A DNA stretch of 44,784 nt from a virus. Lineage: Duplodnaviria; Caudoviricetes. Below, piece after piece: positions 18,322 through 27,320 of this stretch (position 1 is its first letter; the number at the start of each line of letters is the position of its first letter). The stretch is taken from IMG/VR virus record IMGVR_UViG_3300028400_000012, positions 1-44,784 of that record; one strand, given 5' to 3'. The position numbers and the translations under genes were made by a program. Below the pieces are notes generated by a model that saw only the letters and a list, made by a program, of their open reading frames with translations, made no database searches and had not been told where the DNA came from.

Positions 18322-18655
18322 CTTTTACCTTTTTTGACCTTTGTCCGTTCAACCAAATTCTGCCCATAGTATGCAATAATGGGATATACTCTTTGTAATT
18401 TTTAATGCCCAAATTTTTACAATACCAAACAATTTGGTTAAAGTCTTTTCCAAAAGGCTCGCCCATGCCACCATAAGCCCAATCTATCTTAAAAAATAGA
18501 TTTTTCAAAAGATCAAATTCAGTACTATCGTCTAAAAATTCAACGTCGGAAACTCTTTCTGGATAGAGCTTATAGAGCCCGACAACCTCTTCATTTAGGC
18601 TGCCTTCGTTCGCTCCGTTTTGGTAAGCCCAGTTTTTTAATCTTTCAACTTTCCC
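18305..18655 (-). CDS. Tail assembly chaperone frameshift extension (gpGT-like)
   Basis: The -1 frame is open from the slippery site to 18305 (VERLKNWAYQNG...KNLFFKIDWAYGG...). Confidence 0.85.
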   Translation of the reverse strand, partial: GKVERLKNWAYQNGANEGSLNEEVVGLYKLYPERVSDVEFLDDSTEFDLLKNLFFKIDWAYGGMGEPFGKDFNQIVWYCKNLGIKNYKEYIPLLHTMGRIWLNGQRSKKVKDGENS

Positions 18656-19110
18656 GCCTCATACGCTTCAAAGGCTTGTCTAATAATTATACTAAGCTCC
18701 TGCCAGCTATTTTCTTCAGCTACCTTCTCAAAGAATTTTGCCGTTTTTTTGTTATCTCCAGCTACTAGTAAACAGAGTTCTTTTGCCTTCTCTTCTTCAA
18801 GCTCGTCTCGCTCTTTTTCCGTTTCTTCTTCAAGCTCAATAACGCGCTTTTTTGCTTCTTTTATTTCATCTCTAAGCTCTCTAATTCTATCGGCTTTTAA
18901 TCCGTCCGCGTTAAACTCTTTCAAAAGGAAAAGCAAATCTTCCTTTAACTCTTCAAGTTCAATCTCTTTCGGCGTCTTTTGCTTCTCATATTTTTTAGCG
19001 ATTTTTCGTATTTTTTTATCGGCTACTTTTATAATATCAACTTTTGTAACTGTATCACCTAGCATAATTGGAACATTTTTAATTGTAGGTTCAAGGTAAA
19101 GAGTTTTCAT
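18637..19110 (-). CDS. Tail assembly chaperone (gpG-like)
   Basis: Lies between the major tail and tape measure genes; slippery site at its end. Confidence 0.85.
   Translation of the reverse strand: MKTLYLEPTIKNVPIMLGDTVTKVDIIKVADKKIRKIAKKYEKQKTPKEIELEELKEDLLFLLKEFNADGLKADRIRELRDEIKEAKKRVIELEEETEKERDELEEEKAKELCLLVAGDNKKTAKFFEKVAEENSWQELSIIIRQAFEAYEAGKLKD
18649..18655 (-). promoter_or_regulatory. Programmed -1 frameshift site G GGA AAG
   Basis: Same heptamer as lambda G-T, in the correct phase, 3 codons before the stop. Confidence 0.88.
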
Positions 19111-19192
19111 TTATGTCCTTTAAATTTTTTTTAGTCCTTTAAGAAAGTAGGGTACAGAGTAAAGGACTGACAAAACCTCTGTACCCCGATTG

Positions 19193-20131
19193 TTATCTCG
19201 GTGTAACGATAAGCTCAAAAGCTCGACCGTTCGCGTCATCAAACAATCTAATATTTCGTCTTTGGAGCCACTTCAAGCCAGATTCTCCCGGCTCACCACG
19301 TTTTTCAAGCCCCTTGTTGATCTTCAATTCCATTTTGTAATTTTTGGAATAAAGCATAAAAGAAATAGTTACATCGCTATCATTCAGCCAGTTTGTAATA
19401 GGAACAAGGTTGCTATCGCCTGTCGCGTCCAATACCTCACTAAAACTAAGAGTCGGCGCGATATCTTCTAATACGATATCGGAGCATACCTGACTATCAT
19501 CACCAGTATTGATTTGCGGATTAAGTGCCAGAGAAATATCGCCAAACGGGCATTTTTCAATACCGCCGACAATAACCTTGCTATCTCTAGTCAAAGAGAA
19601 AAAAGATGTTTCGGTAAAGGTTGGAGTTACCCCACTAACATTCTGTAAATCAGCTGGATTGTACGCTCCGTTCATTGCAAGATTTCCGACAACCCTTGTA
19701 TTTGCTGCACTTGCTGTAATACCAAACCCGGAAACAATTCCATTGATAAGATATTTCATAGTTCCGCCTTTGTAATAGACGGCTGTACCCTTCTCAACAT
19801 CGAGTGACGGGTAGAGTGTAATTTTGTTGTTTGTCGTATCAATTTCCTGCTTAAAGCCCGCCGCCTGCAATAGTTCAAATTGCGGCATACCGCTAGCAAT
19901 ATCAACGGGTTCAAATAGAGAAATATTCGCCGTTGCTGTGATTTTGATATTGTCTTTTACTTCTTTTGTATCAGTTGCATTACCTTTTCCAGTTCCGACA
20001 TGATTGACATCAAACGTTACCGGATTTTCGCTAAGCTGCACATACCCATCTGTAAGGTATCCATTCGCTGCTGTCGGTTCGGTCGCCCCTGTTTTGTAAA
20101 GTAAAAAGTCTTTACTTTTTAATAGGCTCAT
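19193..20131 (-). CDS. Major tail (tube) protein
   Basis: 312 aa, LLQAAGF motif, position upstream of the chaperone. Confidence 0.8.
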   Translation of the reverse strand: MSLLKSKDFLLYKTGATEPTAANGYLTDGYVQLSENPVTFDVNHVGTGKGNATDTKEVKDNIKITATANISLFEPVDIASGMPQFELLQAAGFKQEIDTTNNKITLYPSLDVEKGTAVYYKGGTMKYLINGIVSGFGITASAANTRVVGNLAMNGAYNPADLQNVSGVTPTFTETSFFSLTRDSKVIVGGIEKCPFGDISLALNPQINTGDDSQVCSDIVLEDIAPTLSFSEVLDATGDSNLVPITNWLNDSDVTISFMLYSKNYKMELKINKGLEKRGEPGESGLKWLQRRNIRLFDDANGRAFELIVTPR

Positions 20132-20282
20132 CTTTTACCCCTTTTGCTTCTTTAAATTCTTTAGATTTTCTCAACTGTTCGATTTCTTCTTTATCATTAG
20201 TTTCGTAAAATCCACCTTTTGCCTGTTTGATTTTCCCGTTTAAGGTAAAAAAAACTTCATCTTTTAAATATTTAAACTTCAT
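20112..20282 (-). CDS. Small hypothetical virion-region protein (56 aa, MKFKYLKDEVFF...)
   Basis: Read manually; AGGTG SD; GFYETNDKEEIEQL motif; ATGA coupling. Confidence 0.7.
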   Translation of the reverse strand: MKFKYLKDEVFFTLNGKIKQAKGGFYETNDKEEIEQLRKSKEFKEAKGVKDEPIKK

Positions 20283-20428
20283 TTTTCACCTTTCGGCTTT
20301 CTGCCTCTTTTGGGCTTTTCTTCTTTTGCCGCTTTCTCTTCGACTTTTTTGAAGCCCTGTTTTAAAAAATAAGCTTCATAGCGGGGGTCAATTTCAACCA
20401 CCCGCCCGGCATTGTTAATCAGTTTCAT
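20279..20428 (-). CDS. Small basic protein after the capsid gene (49 aa, MKLINNAGRVVEID...)
   Basis: Read manually; KPKRGRKPK tail. Confidence 0.7.
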   Translation of the reverse strand: MKLINNAGRVVEIDPRYEAYFLKQGFKKVEEKAAKEEKPKRGRKPKGEK

Positions 20429-20430
20429 GA

Positions 20431-21315
20431 TTAAGCCTTGATTTGTGCGTCAATTACCAGCTTATCTTCAAGTGTTTCGACCGCATAGAGAATATCGGTA
20501 GAAAGTTTCTTTGTTTTTGTGTTGGCATCATACCAGTAGGTAGTACGCATGGTAATGCCATTTTTTTCAAGTACAGACATTTCAATAGTTTTGCTGTCCT
20601 CAACTGGCATCGGTCTATTTACAAAAATAATACCTTTTTCCTGCACTACAAGATCATGGTTTACACCGCTTACCTGCTGAATTGCACCGCTTCGGATAAT
20701 TTTAAAATCTGCATATTCTGGAATATCTTTAATAGTTTTTGCAACGCCATTTTCCATAATAACAACTTTATCTTTTGCGGAAATAATTCCGGCTTTGTAC
20801 ATGGAGGTATCATCGCGTGTAATGACAAATCTGCCAGTATCAAAAGCGTCGTTATCGTTTAGGGCTTTTCTTGCATCAAGGAAAAGATCAGCCGTCCACC
20901 CGGTTGTACCGTCTCCGATTGTAGTCCCGGCATTTGCATATTGAAGCCCGATATTTGTTTCAACATCTCTTACAATTGCCCGTGCTGCCTCTGTTGCAAA
21001 TTTTCCCAGAAGATCAAATCTATTTGTCGCATTAAAAACCTCTGTATTTACTTTAAAGGTGACATCTTTCAGCTTATCAAGCGTAATAGTCTTTTTGGTT
21101 ACATTTGGCTCTTGTTCCACTACTGTTCCGGTTGCTGTAAAATCTTTAGCTTCGAGTGCTTCAGGAATAAGGACATCTGCACTTTGTCCCAAATCTTTAA
21201 ACTCAAGCTGATTTGTATCAGTCATTACCGCACCACTTGTTACTAGTCCCGCATTTTCAGCGAAAAAATCCAATACCATTGCATTATATACGTTTACAAT
21301 TTCTCTTAATGTCAT
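20431..21315 (-). CDS. Major capsid protein (P22 coat-like, HK97 fold)
   Basis: TITLDKLKD.TFKV, EAARAIVRDVE, FLDARKALND, SxDILYAV; follows the scaffold gene. Confidence 0.88.
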   Translation of the reverse strand: MTLREIVNVYNAMVLDFFAENAGLVTSGAVMTDTNQLEFKDLGQSADVLIPEALEAKDFTATGTVVEQEPNVTKKTITLDKLKDVTFKVNTEVFNATNRFDLLGKFATEAARAIVRDVETNIGLQYANAGTTIGDGTTGWTADLFLDARKALNDNDAFDTGRFVITRDDTSMYKAGIISAKDKVVIMENGVAKTIKDIPEYADFKIIRSGAIQQVSGVNHDLVVQEKGIIFVNRPMPVEDSKTIEMSVLEKNGITMRTTYWYDANTKTKKLSTDILYAVETLEDKLVIDAQIKA

Positions 21316-22001
21316 TTCTTAACTCCTGCTGCCTTTAAAATATCATCGGCATTATTACTATTTCGTAAGGCTGCTGTAATGCCGCCACCTTGTACCCCGC
21401 TGCCTTCTTTGCCAAATCCTTTTAAAAGGTTCGGCTTTTCCTCTTTAAAAAACTCTTCGAGTCCGTCATCAAGCCCAACCAAAACGCCGTCTTTCGTTTT
21501 GAATTTGATACCGTCCTCTTCTACAACTATTCGGCTATCTAAATAAGCTTCGGTTGTTTCACGGTCAATAACATCGTATTTAGACAACTTCGTACCTAGC
21601 TCTTTTTGTTTCAGGATTGAAACTTTAGCCGCTTGTTCGCGTTGTAGCTTTTCTTCAAGTTCATTTCTTTCGCGTTCCACGCGCTTAAATTTTGCCTCAA
21701 ATTCTTTCAGCTTGTTGATATCTTCATCTTTAATGTTTCCGATTTCTTCAAGCTTGTCTTTAAGTGCTGTAATTGCGTTTTCATCTTCAAGATCAACGCC
21801 AAATTTGTCCGCCAACCCTTGCACTAGTTTCCCGGCTGTATCGGCTTTTTCTTTCAGCTCTTTTAATTTAACTCTCCGATCTGCTGCTTCTGTGCGTGCT
21901 GCATCTCTTTGAGAAATTACTTTTCCAAACTCCCCACTCAAAAGGTCGTAAACTTCCTGACTGATTTTACCTGCTTCTAACAAGTCCTTTAATTTATCCA
22001 T
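21312..22001 (-). CDS. Capsid scaffolding protein
   Basis: Coiled coil, RTEAADRR, KPNLLK...GSG; directly upstream of the capsid gene. Confidence 0.82.
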   Translation of the reverse strand: MDKLKDLLEAGKISQEVYDLLSGEFGKVISQRDAARTEAADRRVKLKELKEKADTAGKLVQGLADKFGVDLEDENAITALKDKLEEIGNIKDEDINKLKEFEAKFKRVERERNELEEKLQREQAAKVSILKQKELGTKLSKYDVIDRETTEAYLDSRIVVEEDGIKFKTKDGVLVGLDDGLEEFFKEEKPNLLKGFGKEGSGVQGGGITAALRNSNNADDILKAAGVKK

Positions 22002-22110
22002 TAAAAAGCTCCACTTTTTTATTTTACAAGTCGATTTTAGGACGTATAAGTATCTTTTTAGTTAACTTTTTAGTATAGAATATTATTAAAATTTGCAAAA
22101 AGGCGTTAAA

Positions 22111-22425
22111 ATGCTCTACGATTATAATGAAGATGATTTTTTAATTTCGACCGTTTCAAACCCAGAGGATTTGCAGGATTTTGAAAATGATTCAAAATCA
22201 GAAATTGAAAAGCTAAATATTAGCGACAACTTTTACAAAGAAAGGCTTATTAAGTTAGGCGTTTACAAAAGAATTGCAGGTGCCAGATTAGAAGCTGAAG
22301 GTGACGTTATGGATAAAAAACTCCAATACTATACAAGAGAGTGGGATAAATTTCTTACAATGTATAAAACCTCAAACGCTTCTGTTCAAAATTCTGTTTC
22401 ATCAGTTCCAATTTATAGAGGTTAA
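22111..22425 (+). CDS. Putative head-tail adaptor
   Basis: Helical 104 aa ending VSSVPIYRG; first gene of the neck block. Confidence 0.6.
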   Translation: MLYDYNEDDFLISTVSNPEDLQDFENDSKSEIEKLNISDNFYKERLIKLGVYKRIAGARLEAEGDVMDKKLQYYTREWDKFLTMYKTSNASVQNSVSSVPIYRG

Positions 22426-22427
22426 AA

Positions 22428-22805
22428 ATGTTTAATAAACTACTTGAAATAAAAAATGCTCTTTTGGAAATGCCCGGAATTGATACGGTTAAAATTGGTC
22501 TTGAGTCAAATCTTACCGCCGACGCATGCCCTTTTATTCGTATTATCGCCCAGCCTTCACGTCCAAAGCCAGATAGTTTTGGCATTACAGAAATGGAAAT
22601 TGAAATTGTTTATGGTGAAAAGGTAAACATTCGCACAAATTTAGAAGAGACTTATCAAAAGATTTACGAAACAGAAAAACTAATAAAAGACAGACTGGAG
22701 TCAATAGGCGCGTTTTGGATTGAAACCGTACCAGACGGTGATACGCTAACAAATCTAAAGGTTTCAAGCATTTATTTTAAAGTAGAGGTTTCATGTGGGC
22801 ATTAA
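22428..22805 (+). CDS. Putative tail terminator/completion protein
   Basis: IKNAL......TVKIG...PFIRI pattern; neck context. Confidence 0.6.
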   Translation: MFNKLLEIKNALLEMPGIDTVKIGLESNLTADACPFIRIIAQPSRPKPDSFGITEMEIEIVYGEKVNIRTNLEETYQKIYETEKLIKDRLESIGAFWIETVPDGDTLTNLKVSSIYFKVEVSCGH

Positions 22806-23244
22806 AATAGAGGGATTAAAAGAGGTTATAAACTACCTAAATAAACTTTTTAACGATACCGGAAAAAAGGCATATATTGAAAAGCTTACTGAAAGAGGTT
22901 ATCAGCTTTCAAAAAGAGCAGTTTCAAGACATACAAAAACCGGACGTATGGAACGAAACTTAACCAAAAGGGTGAGAGGAAACACGGGGGAAATTTTCTT
23001 CTTAAATCAAGGCATGATTAAAGGCGGGGTGAATTACGCGCTTTTTGTTCATTATGGAACTCGTCCACACTCTATTTATCCCAAAAACAAAAAAGCTCTT
23101 CGATGGAAAAGCGGCGGAAAATTTGTTTTTGCCAAAAGAGTCAATCATCCAGGCTACAAGGGCGACCCGTTCTTTGACAGGGTTCAAGCCCAGCTTGAAA
23201 ATGAAGCGCCTAACATATTTTACAATACAGTAGAAAAGGAATAA
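22795..23244 (+). CDS. HK97 gp10-like neck protein
   Basis: IKIEGLKE, TGRMERN, YALFVHYGTRPH, VNHPGYKGDPFF. Confidence 0.85.
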   Translation: MGIKIEGLKEVINYLNKLFNDTGKKAYIEKLTERGYQLSKRAVSRHTKTGRMERNLTKRVRGNTGEIFFLNQGMIKGGVNYALFVHYGTRPHSIYPKNKKALRWKSGGKFVFAKRVNHPGYKGDPFFDRVQAQLENEAPNIFYNTVEKE

Positions 23245-23246
23245 AA

Positions 23247-24524
23247 ATGAATTATAGACAGGCATGGAAATTTATTAACGACGCTTATACAGGCGATAAT
23301 GGGTTTTATGATGGCGGTGAAATAGATAAATACACAAGAGAGACAGACGACAAAATTAGAAATAGAAGAGAAATAGCCTACTATTCAAACCTTTTTGAGA
23401 GTAAAGTTAATAGGTACATAGGCTATCTTTACAAGCGACCACCATTAAGAAACGTATCTAAAAACAAACTTCTTGAAGGCTTTATTAATAACTGCAACAA
23501 TAAAGGCGATCATCTCGATGTTTTTATGAACCAATTTACAAAATTTGCCAAAGCAAAAGGCGTGAACATCCTCCTAATTGACAACGTTGCAGAAATACCG
23601 GGAACTTTCGAGGAACAACTCGAAAAACGCGCATATCCATATATCCAACAAATCAAGCCAGAAAATATTACAAACTACAAACTTGATGAATTTGGAAATT
23701 TTGAATTTGTAGCCTTCAAAGATGCTTTAGATGAATCGACATACCAAAAAAAAGATACAAAAAACGTAATAAGATATTTCGACAAAACAACATGGGTTAT
23801 TTACGATCAAAGCGGCGAAAAGATATTAGACAACGGGGAGCATGATTTAGGAGTTTGCCCGGTTATTTACTTTAGCGAAAAAGGGGAATTTGAGAGTTTA
23901 GGGGAATTTTCAAAACTTGCATGGCTTTCTAAGCGACACTACAACCTACATAGCGAACAAGATGAACAACTAAGAGGAAATACCTTTTCTATCTTGACGA
24001 TAAACGGTAGTGCAAACTCTGAAATTAAACTAAGCACTGACAACGCCCTATTTTATGAAGGACAAAAAGCCCCTTCATTTATTGCGCCGCCTAGCGACCC
24101 GATGGCGGCATATAGTGAGAAAATTGATAAACTTGAAATGCTAATGGATAAAATAGGGTATGATATTACTACCTCCAAAAGTGCCGAGTCAGGAATTAGC
24201 CTTGATATTAAATTTCAAGGTCTCAATAGTTCTTTGAGTGCCTTTGCCAGATCAGTAGAAATTTTTGAAATGAAGATTTTTAATATTGTCAAAAAATATC
24301 TCGGTATTGAAACAGAGGTAAATATCGCATACAAAAAAGATTTCAACCTTGTCGATGTTCACAAAGAGCTTGAAACACTTAAAATGGTTGACGATATTGC
24401 AGATATTCCAACATATCGCGCTCTAAAGCTAAAACAAATTATTAAATCCGATCTTCAAAATGTTACCGATGAAGAAATGGCTCAAATTATTGCTGAAATT
24501 GAAGATAGTCAAAAAGAAGTATAA
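23247..24524 (+). CDS. Portal protein
   Basis: 425 aa; AYYSNLF..KVNRYIGYLY, GEHDLGVCPVI, AESGISL portal motifs. Confidence 0.88.
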   Translation: MNYRQAWKFINDAYTGDNGFYDGGEIDKYTRETDDKIRNRREIAYYSNLFESKVNRYIGYLYKRPPLRNVSKNKLLEGFINNCNNKGDHLDVFMNQFTKFAKAKGVNILLIDNVAEIPGTFEEQLEKRAYPYIQQIKPENITNYKLDEFGNFEFVAFKDALDESTYQKKDTKNVIRYFDKTTWVIYDQSGEKILDNGEHDLGVCPVIYFSEKGEFESLGEFSKLAWLSKRHYNLHSEQDEQLRGNTFSILTINGSANSEIKLSTDNALFYEGQKAPSFIAPPSDPMAAYSEKIDKLEMLMDKIGYDITTSKSAESGISLDIKFQGLNSSLSAFARSVEIFEMKIFNIVKKYLGIETEVNIAYKKDFNLVDVHKELETLKMVDDIADIPTYRALKLKQIIKSDLQNVTDEEMAQIIAEIEDSQKEV

Positions 24525-24546
24525 AGCGGGGAACCCCCGCCTTTTA
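24524..24546. terminator. Bidirectional intrinsic terminator
   Basis: GCGGGG/CCCCGC GC hairpin flanked by A and T runs between the convergent portal and ArdB genes. Confidence 0.75.
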
Positions 24547-24933
24547 GTCAATAGCCCTATATATTTTCGAGGCTGTTTCTTTATCAAAAATATTGCTTAT
24601 TGCATCGCGCAACAAGTAATATTTGTCTGCCACAAATTGGCTTCTCTCTGCCAAAATGCCCAAAGCAAACAAAGTAATAACGGCTCCAAAGGCAACGCCA
24701 TCAAGCTCAATATCAGTGTAATTCATAGCATTTACAAATCTATAAGTATCTTTTTTGTCAAGTGCCATAAAAAAACCTCCGTTGTCAAGAGCGTAAAAAT
24801 CCCAGTATCCACCGTTATAGTTCTCTGAAAAGTTGTCGGCTAAATTGTAAGCCAACCCCTCAAATCTCAAAAACTGATTCCCGGTCATTTTGTGCAAAAA
24901 GTTTGATCTTCTATTATCTGCCACCTTTCTCAT
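24544..24933 (-). CDS. Antirestriction protein, ArdB/KlcA family
   Basis: YNGGYWDFYALDNGGFFMA, DGVAFGAVITLFAL, YYLLRD, IYRAID are family hallmarks. Confidence 0.9.
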   Translation of the reverse strand: MRKVADNRRSNFLHKMTGNQFLRFEGLAYNLADNFSENYNGGYWDFYALDNGGFFMALDKKDTYRFVNAMNYTDIELDGVAFGAVITLFALGILAERSQFVADKYYLLRDAISNIFDKETASKIYRAID

Positions 24934-25175
24934 TATACTTCCTCCCAAGCGTCTAACATATCTACCTCTTCTATAAGCTCTTCAATGCTTTCCGCATCAA
25001 AGGCGACGCCATCTTCATCATAAGCTTTAATTTTGTCATCATTTTTTACATTGACTATATAGCCATCATAGGTATATAAATGCCCATGCTCGTTCATATA
25101 GCCAGCAGGGCTTTGACCTAAATCAATTTCACCGCGTCCCTCAATCCAAATTTTTGTAAGTGGTAATCTCAACAT
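24933..25175 (-). CDS. Small acidic hypothetical protein (cassette-driven)
   Basis: AGGAGG SD; TAATG coupling to ArdB. Confidence 0.8.
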   Translation of the reverse strand: MLRLPLTKIWIEGRGEIDLGQSPAGYMNEHGHLYTYDGYIVNVKNDDKIKAYDEDGVAFDAESIEELIEEVDMLDAWEEV

Positions 25176-25181
25176 CTTAAA

Positions 25182-25233
25182 CCTCCTAAATTTATTTATA
25201 CTTAATTATAACATATTTGTTATAAAATGTCAA
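25182..25233 (-). promoter_or_regulatory. Sigma70 promoter/operator cassette 4
   Basis: TTGACA(25233-25228)-17bp-TATAAT(25210-25205); TTATAACA-AATA-TGTTATAA; TTTAGGAGG. Confidence 0.9.
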
Positions 25234-25296
25234 GGGAAAAGGCTAAAATTGATTTTTAAAGTATATTTTGTTACAATAAGAAGAAAAGGGTTTTGC

Positions 25297-25404
25297 ATGA
25301 TTGATATTCTAAAAGGTTTTGGATTCGGGATAATAGTGGGGATTATAAGCTTTACAATATTGTTCTTTATTATAAGAGCGATATTGCGACTTATGGCAGG
25401 CTAA
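25297..25404 (+). CDS. 35-aa single-TM peptide MIDILKGFGFGIIVGIISFTILFFIIRAILRLMAG
   Basis: Own TGtTACAAT promoter (25269-25277) and AAGGG SD. Confidence 0.6.
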   Translation: MIDILKGFGFGIIVGIISFTILFFIIRAILRLMAG

Positions 25405-27320
25405 TTTTCGCCTGCTAATTTTTTCTTTATCGGCTTAAGCGGTATTTCTTCCATAATTACCCGTCGTCTGCCTTCGTTGTCTATAAGCACATCCCTTACT
25501 TTAAAAGGCTGGTAGGCATCTATTAAAACCTCATCTTCAGACTGAAATTTTGACATTGTTTTTATATAATGTTTTGGCTCTTTGATCTTAAATTCAAAGA
25601 TTACACTTTCCCCGCTACCTGTGAAACTTCGCGCTACTGCTTCACGTGTTGAGAAGCTCAAAAATGATCTGTCGAAATAAATATCACCCGACTTTAATTC
25701 AGCTATTCTCCAGTCTGTTAGTCTCATACCCCTGTAAATCCTTTTGCCCTTTACATTGCCCGGCATAGCTTGATACAAATTAAGATTTTTAACCAAATCC
25801 TTTGTTTGAAATAGCTCGTACTCTTGAAAAAACTCTGTCGGGTCGTCACTTCTTAATAGTTTTCCTATATTGTAATACGCGCTTCCGGTATATGCCGTTA
25901 TAGCCTTCTTTGCTTCTTCTAGTTCTTTGCCCTTTAGCTTTAAATCGGTCAAAAGCCACTCTTTTGGAAGGTAACTATTGTTTGCTATGTCAACGGCTAA
26001 CAAGCTTGCCGCCTCTTCAATATCTTTACTCGTAACCGTATTTTCCTCAATCAATTTTTCTGCTGTTTTTGAGTTGTACTTTTTTAATACACCCTCTTGT
26101 TTTGTAATGCTTTCCTTTAGTTTTTTGGCTGTTTTCCTTAGATAGTCTTTTTTTTGTTTTGATTTGCCGCTACTAAGAATCTGCCTATATAGCTTATCAA
26201 TTATATCTTCTTCTTTTGTGTGTATCTCGTTTATTGCATCACGTAAAGGAACAAAATATTTTTCAATAGTTTCCTTTAACCTTTCAAAATCATTATAAGG
26301 TATTGGTTCATAGTCTGCTGCATGCAATGTAATACTAGCGGCTTTTAATTCATCTACTACTTTATGTATTTTGTATTTCGGTCTGGATTCGTTAAAAATA
26401 TCAAGTATCGGCTTTCCGCTTTTGAAGTCCTGTAACTTCTCTCTGCTTCCTAAAATTCTAGTCTGCTCATGTTTCGTAAAATTGCTAAAAAGAGTTTTTG
26501 CATAAGGGTCTTTAATGGGTCTTTTTTTGATGTTCTCGTAAACTGGTTCATATTTGCACATACAAAAAGGGTGTAGGGGTAAAGTTATCATTTTTTCTTT
26601 TGGTACTATTCCTTTTCCGTATCCGATATCAAGGGCGGCATAAAAATCACATATATCTGTCATCGGGTGCCTGCTGCTCATAGCATATTTAACAAACTTT
26701 ATTTCTTTGTCGTTTAAAATGTTATTTGCGTTTGTAAGGCTAAAGGCTCTTTGTTCTTCGGTATTGGCTATTCTTTGCGCGTAAAATCTAGCTTTCTCAA
26801 CTAGCGCCACCTTAAGATTGTTCCATGCTTCTTCGTCCGCTCTTGTATTTAGTAGTTGTAAATAGGCTTCTTTTAAAAACTTTGTTTTTCCGGCTATTTT
26901 TTTTGCCTTCTCAATGTCGCCAAATAGATATTTTGGCAATTTGTGCTTTATTTTCAAAAGCTCTTTCTTGTCAGGCTCGTATCCATCATACAATACCCTT
27001 TCGATTTCGTCAATCGCCGCCTTTCGTTCGTTAAGTTGTCTAATTGCGTACAAAGCCTGTTTTTCAACTTTTTTCACTTGATTGTAAAGGCGTTTTGATA
27101 GATGCAATTTTTTTATTTGATTTGTTCCTATATCTTTTGTAAGGTTGCTGTCAAGTTTTTTGTAGATGCTTTTTATGATCCGCTTTTTTGCTATCTCGCT
27201 GTAATTTTTTAGGTTCCATTTCAAATAATGCCCAAAGTGCCTTTCATCCTCTGTTAAAAATTCTGCCAGCGTCTTGTTATAGAGATTAACCGCTATATCT
27301 TCAAGTGTTTCCATCTTCAA
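25401..27320 (-). CDS. MuF/gp7 minor head protein fused to an ADP-ribosyltransferase
   Basis: RIANTE, DICD, PLHPFCMC (MuF); AYTGSAY, IYRG, FLSFST, QSEDEVLI (R-S-ExE ART). Confidence 0.9.
   Translation of the reverse strand: MKMETLEDIAVNLYNKTLAEFLTEDERHFGHYLKWNLKNYSEIAKKRIIKSIYKKLDSNLTKDIGTNQIKKLHLSKRLYNQVKKVEKQALYAIRQLNERKAAIDEIERVLYDGYEPDKKELLKIKHKLPKYLFGDIEKAKKIAGKTKFLKEAYLQLLNTRADEEAWNNLKVALVEKARFYAQRIANTEEQRAFSLTNANNILNDKEIKFVKYAMSSRHPMTDICDFYAALDIGYGKGIVPKEKMITLPLHPFCMCKYEPVYENIKKRPIKDPYAKTLFSNFTKHEQTRILGSREKLQDFKSGKPILDIFNESRPKYKIHKVVDELKAASITLHAADYEPIPYNDFERLKETIEKYFVPLRDAINEIHTKEEDIIDKLYRQILSSGKSKQKKDYLRKTAKKLKESITKQEGVLKKYNSKTAEKLIEENTVTSKDIEEAASLLAVDIANNSYLPKEWLLTDLKLKGKELEEAKKAITAYTGSAYYNIGKLLRSDDPTEFFQEYELFQTKDLVKNLNLYQAMPGNVKGKRIYRGMRLTDWRIAELKSGDIYFDRSFLSFSTREAVARSFTGSGESVIFEFKIKEPKHYIKTMSKFQSEDEVLIDAYQPFKVRDVLIDNEGRRRVIMEEIPLKPIKKKLAGEN

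Noticed and set aside
13090-18337. Many plus-strand ORFs antisense to the tape measure gene (and similar shadow ORFs elsewhere)
   Set aside because: They are shadow frames of a long coding gene, without SD signals or coherent protein features.
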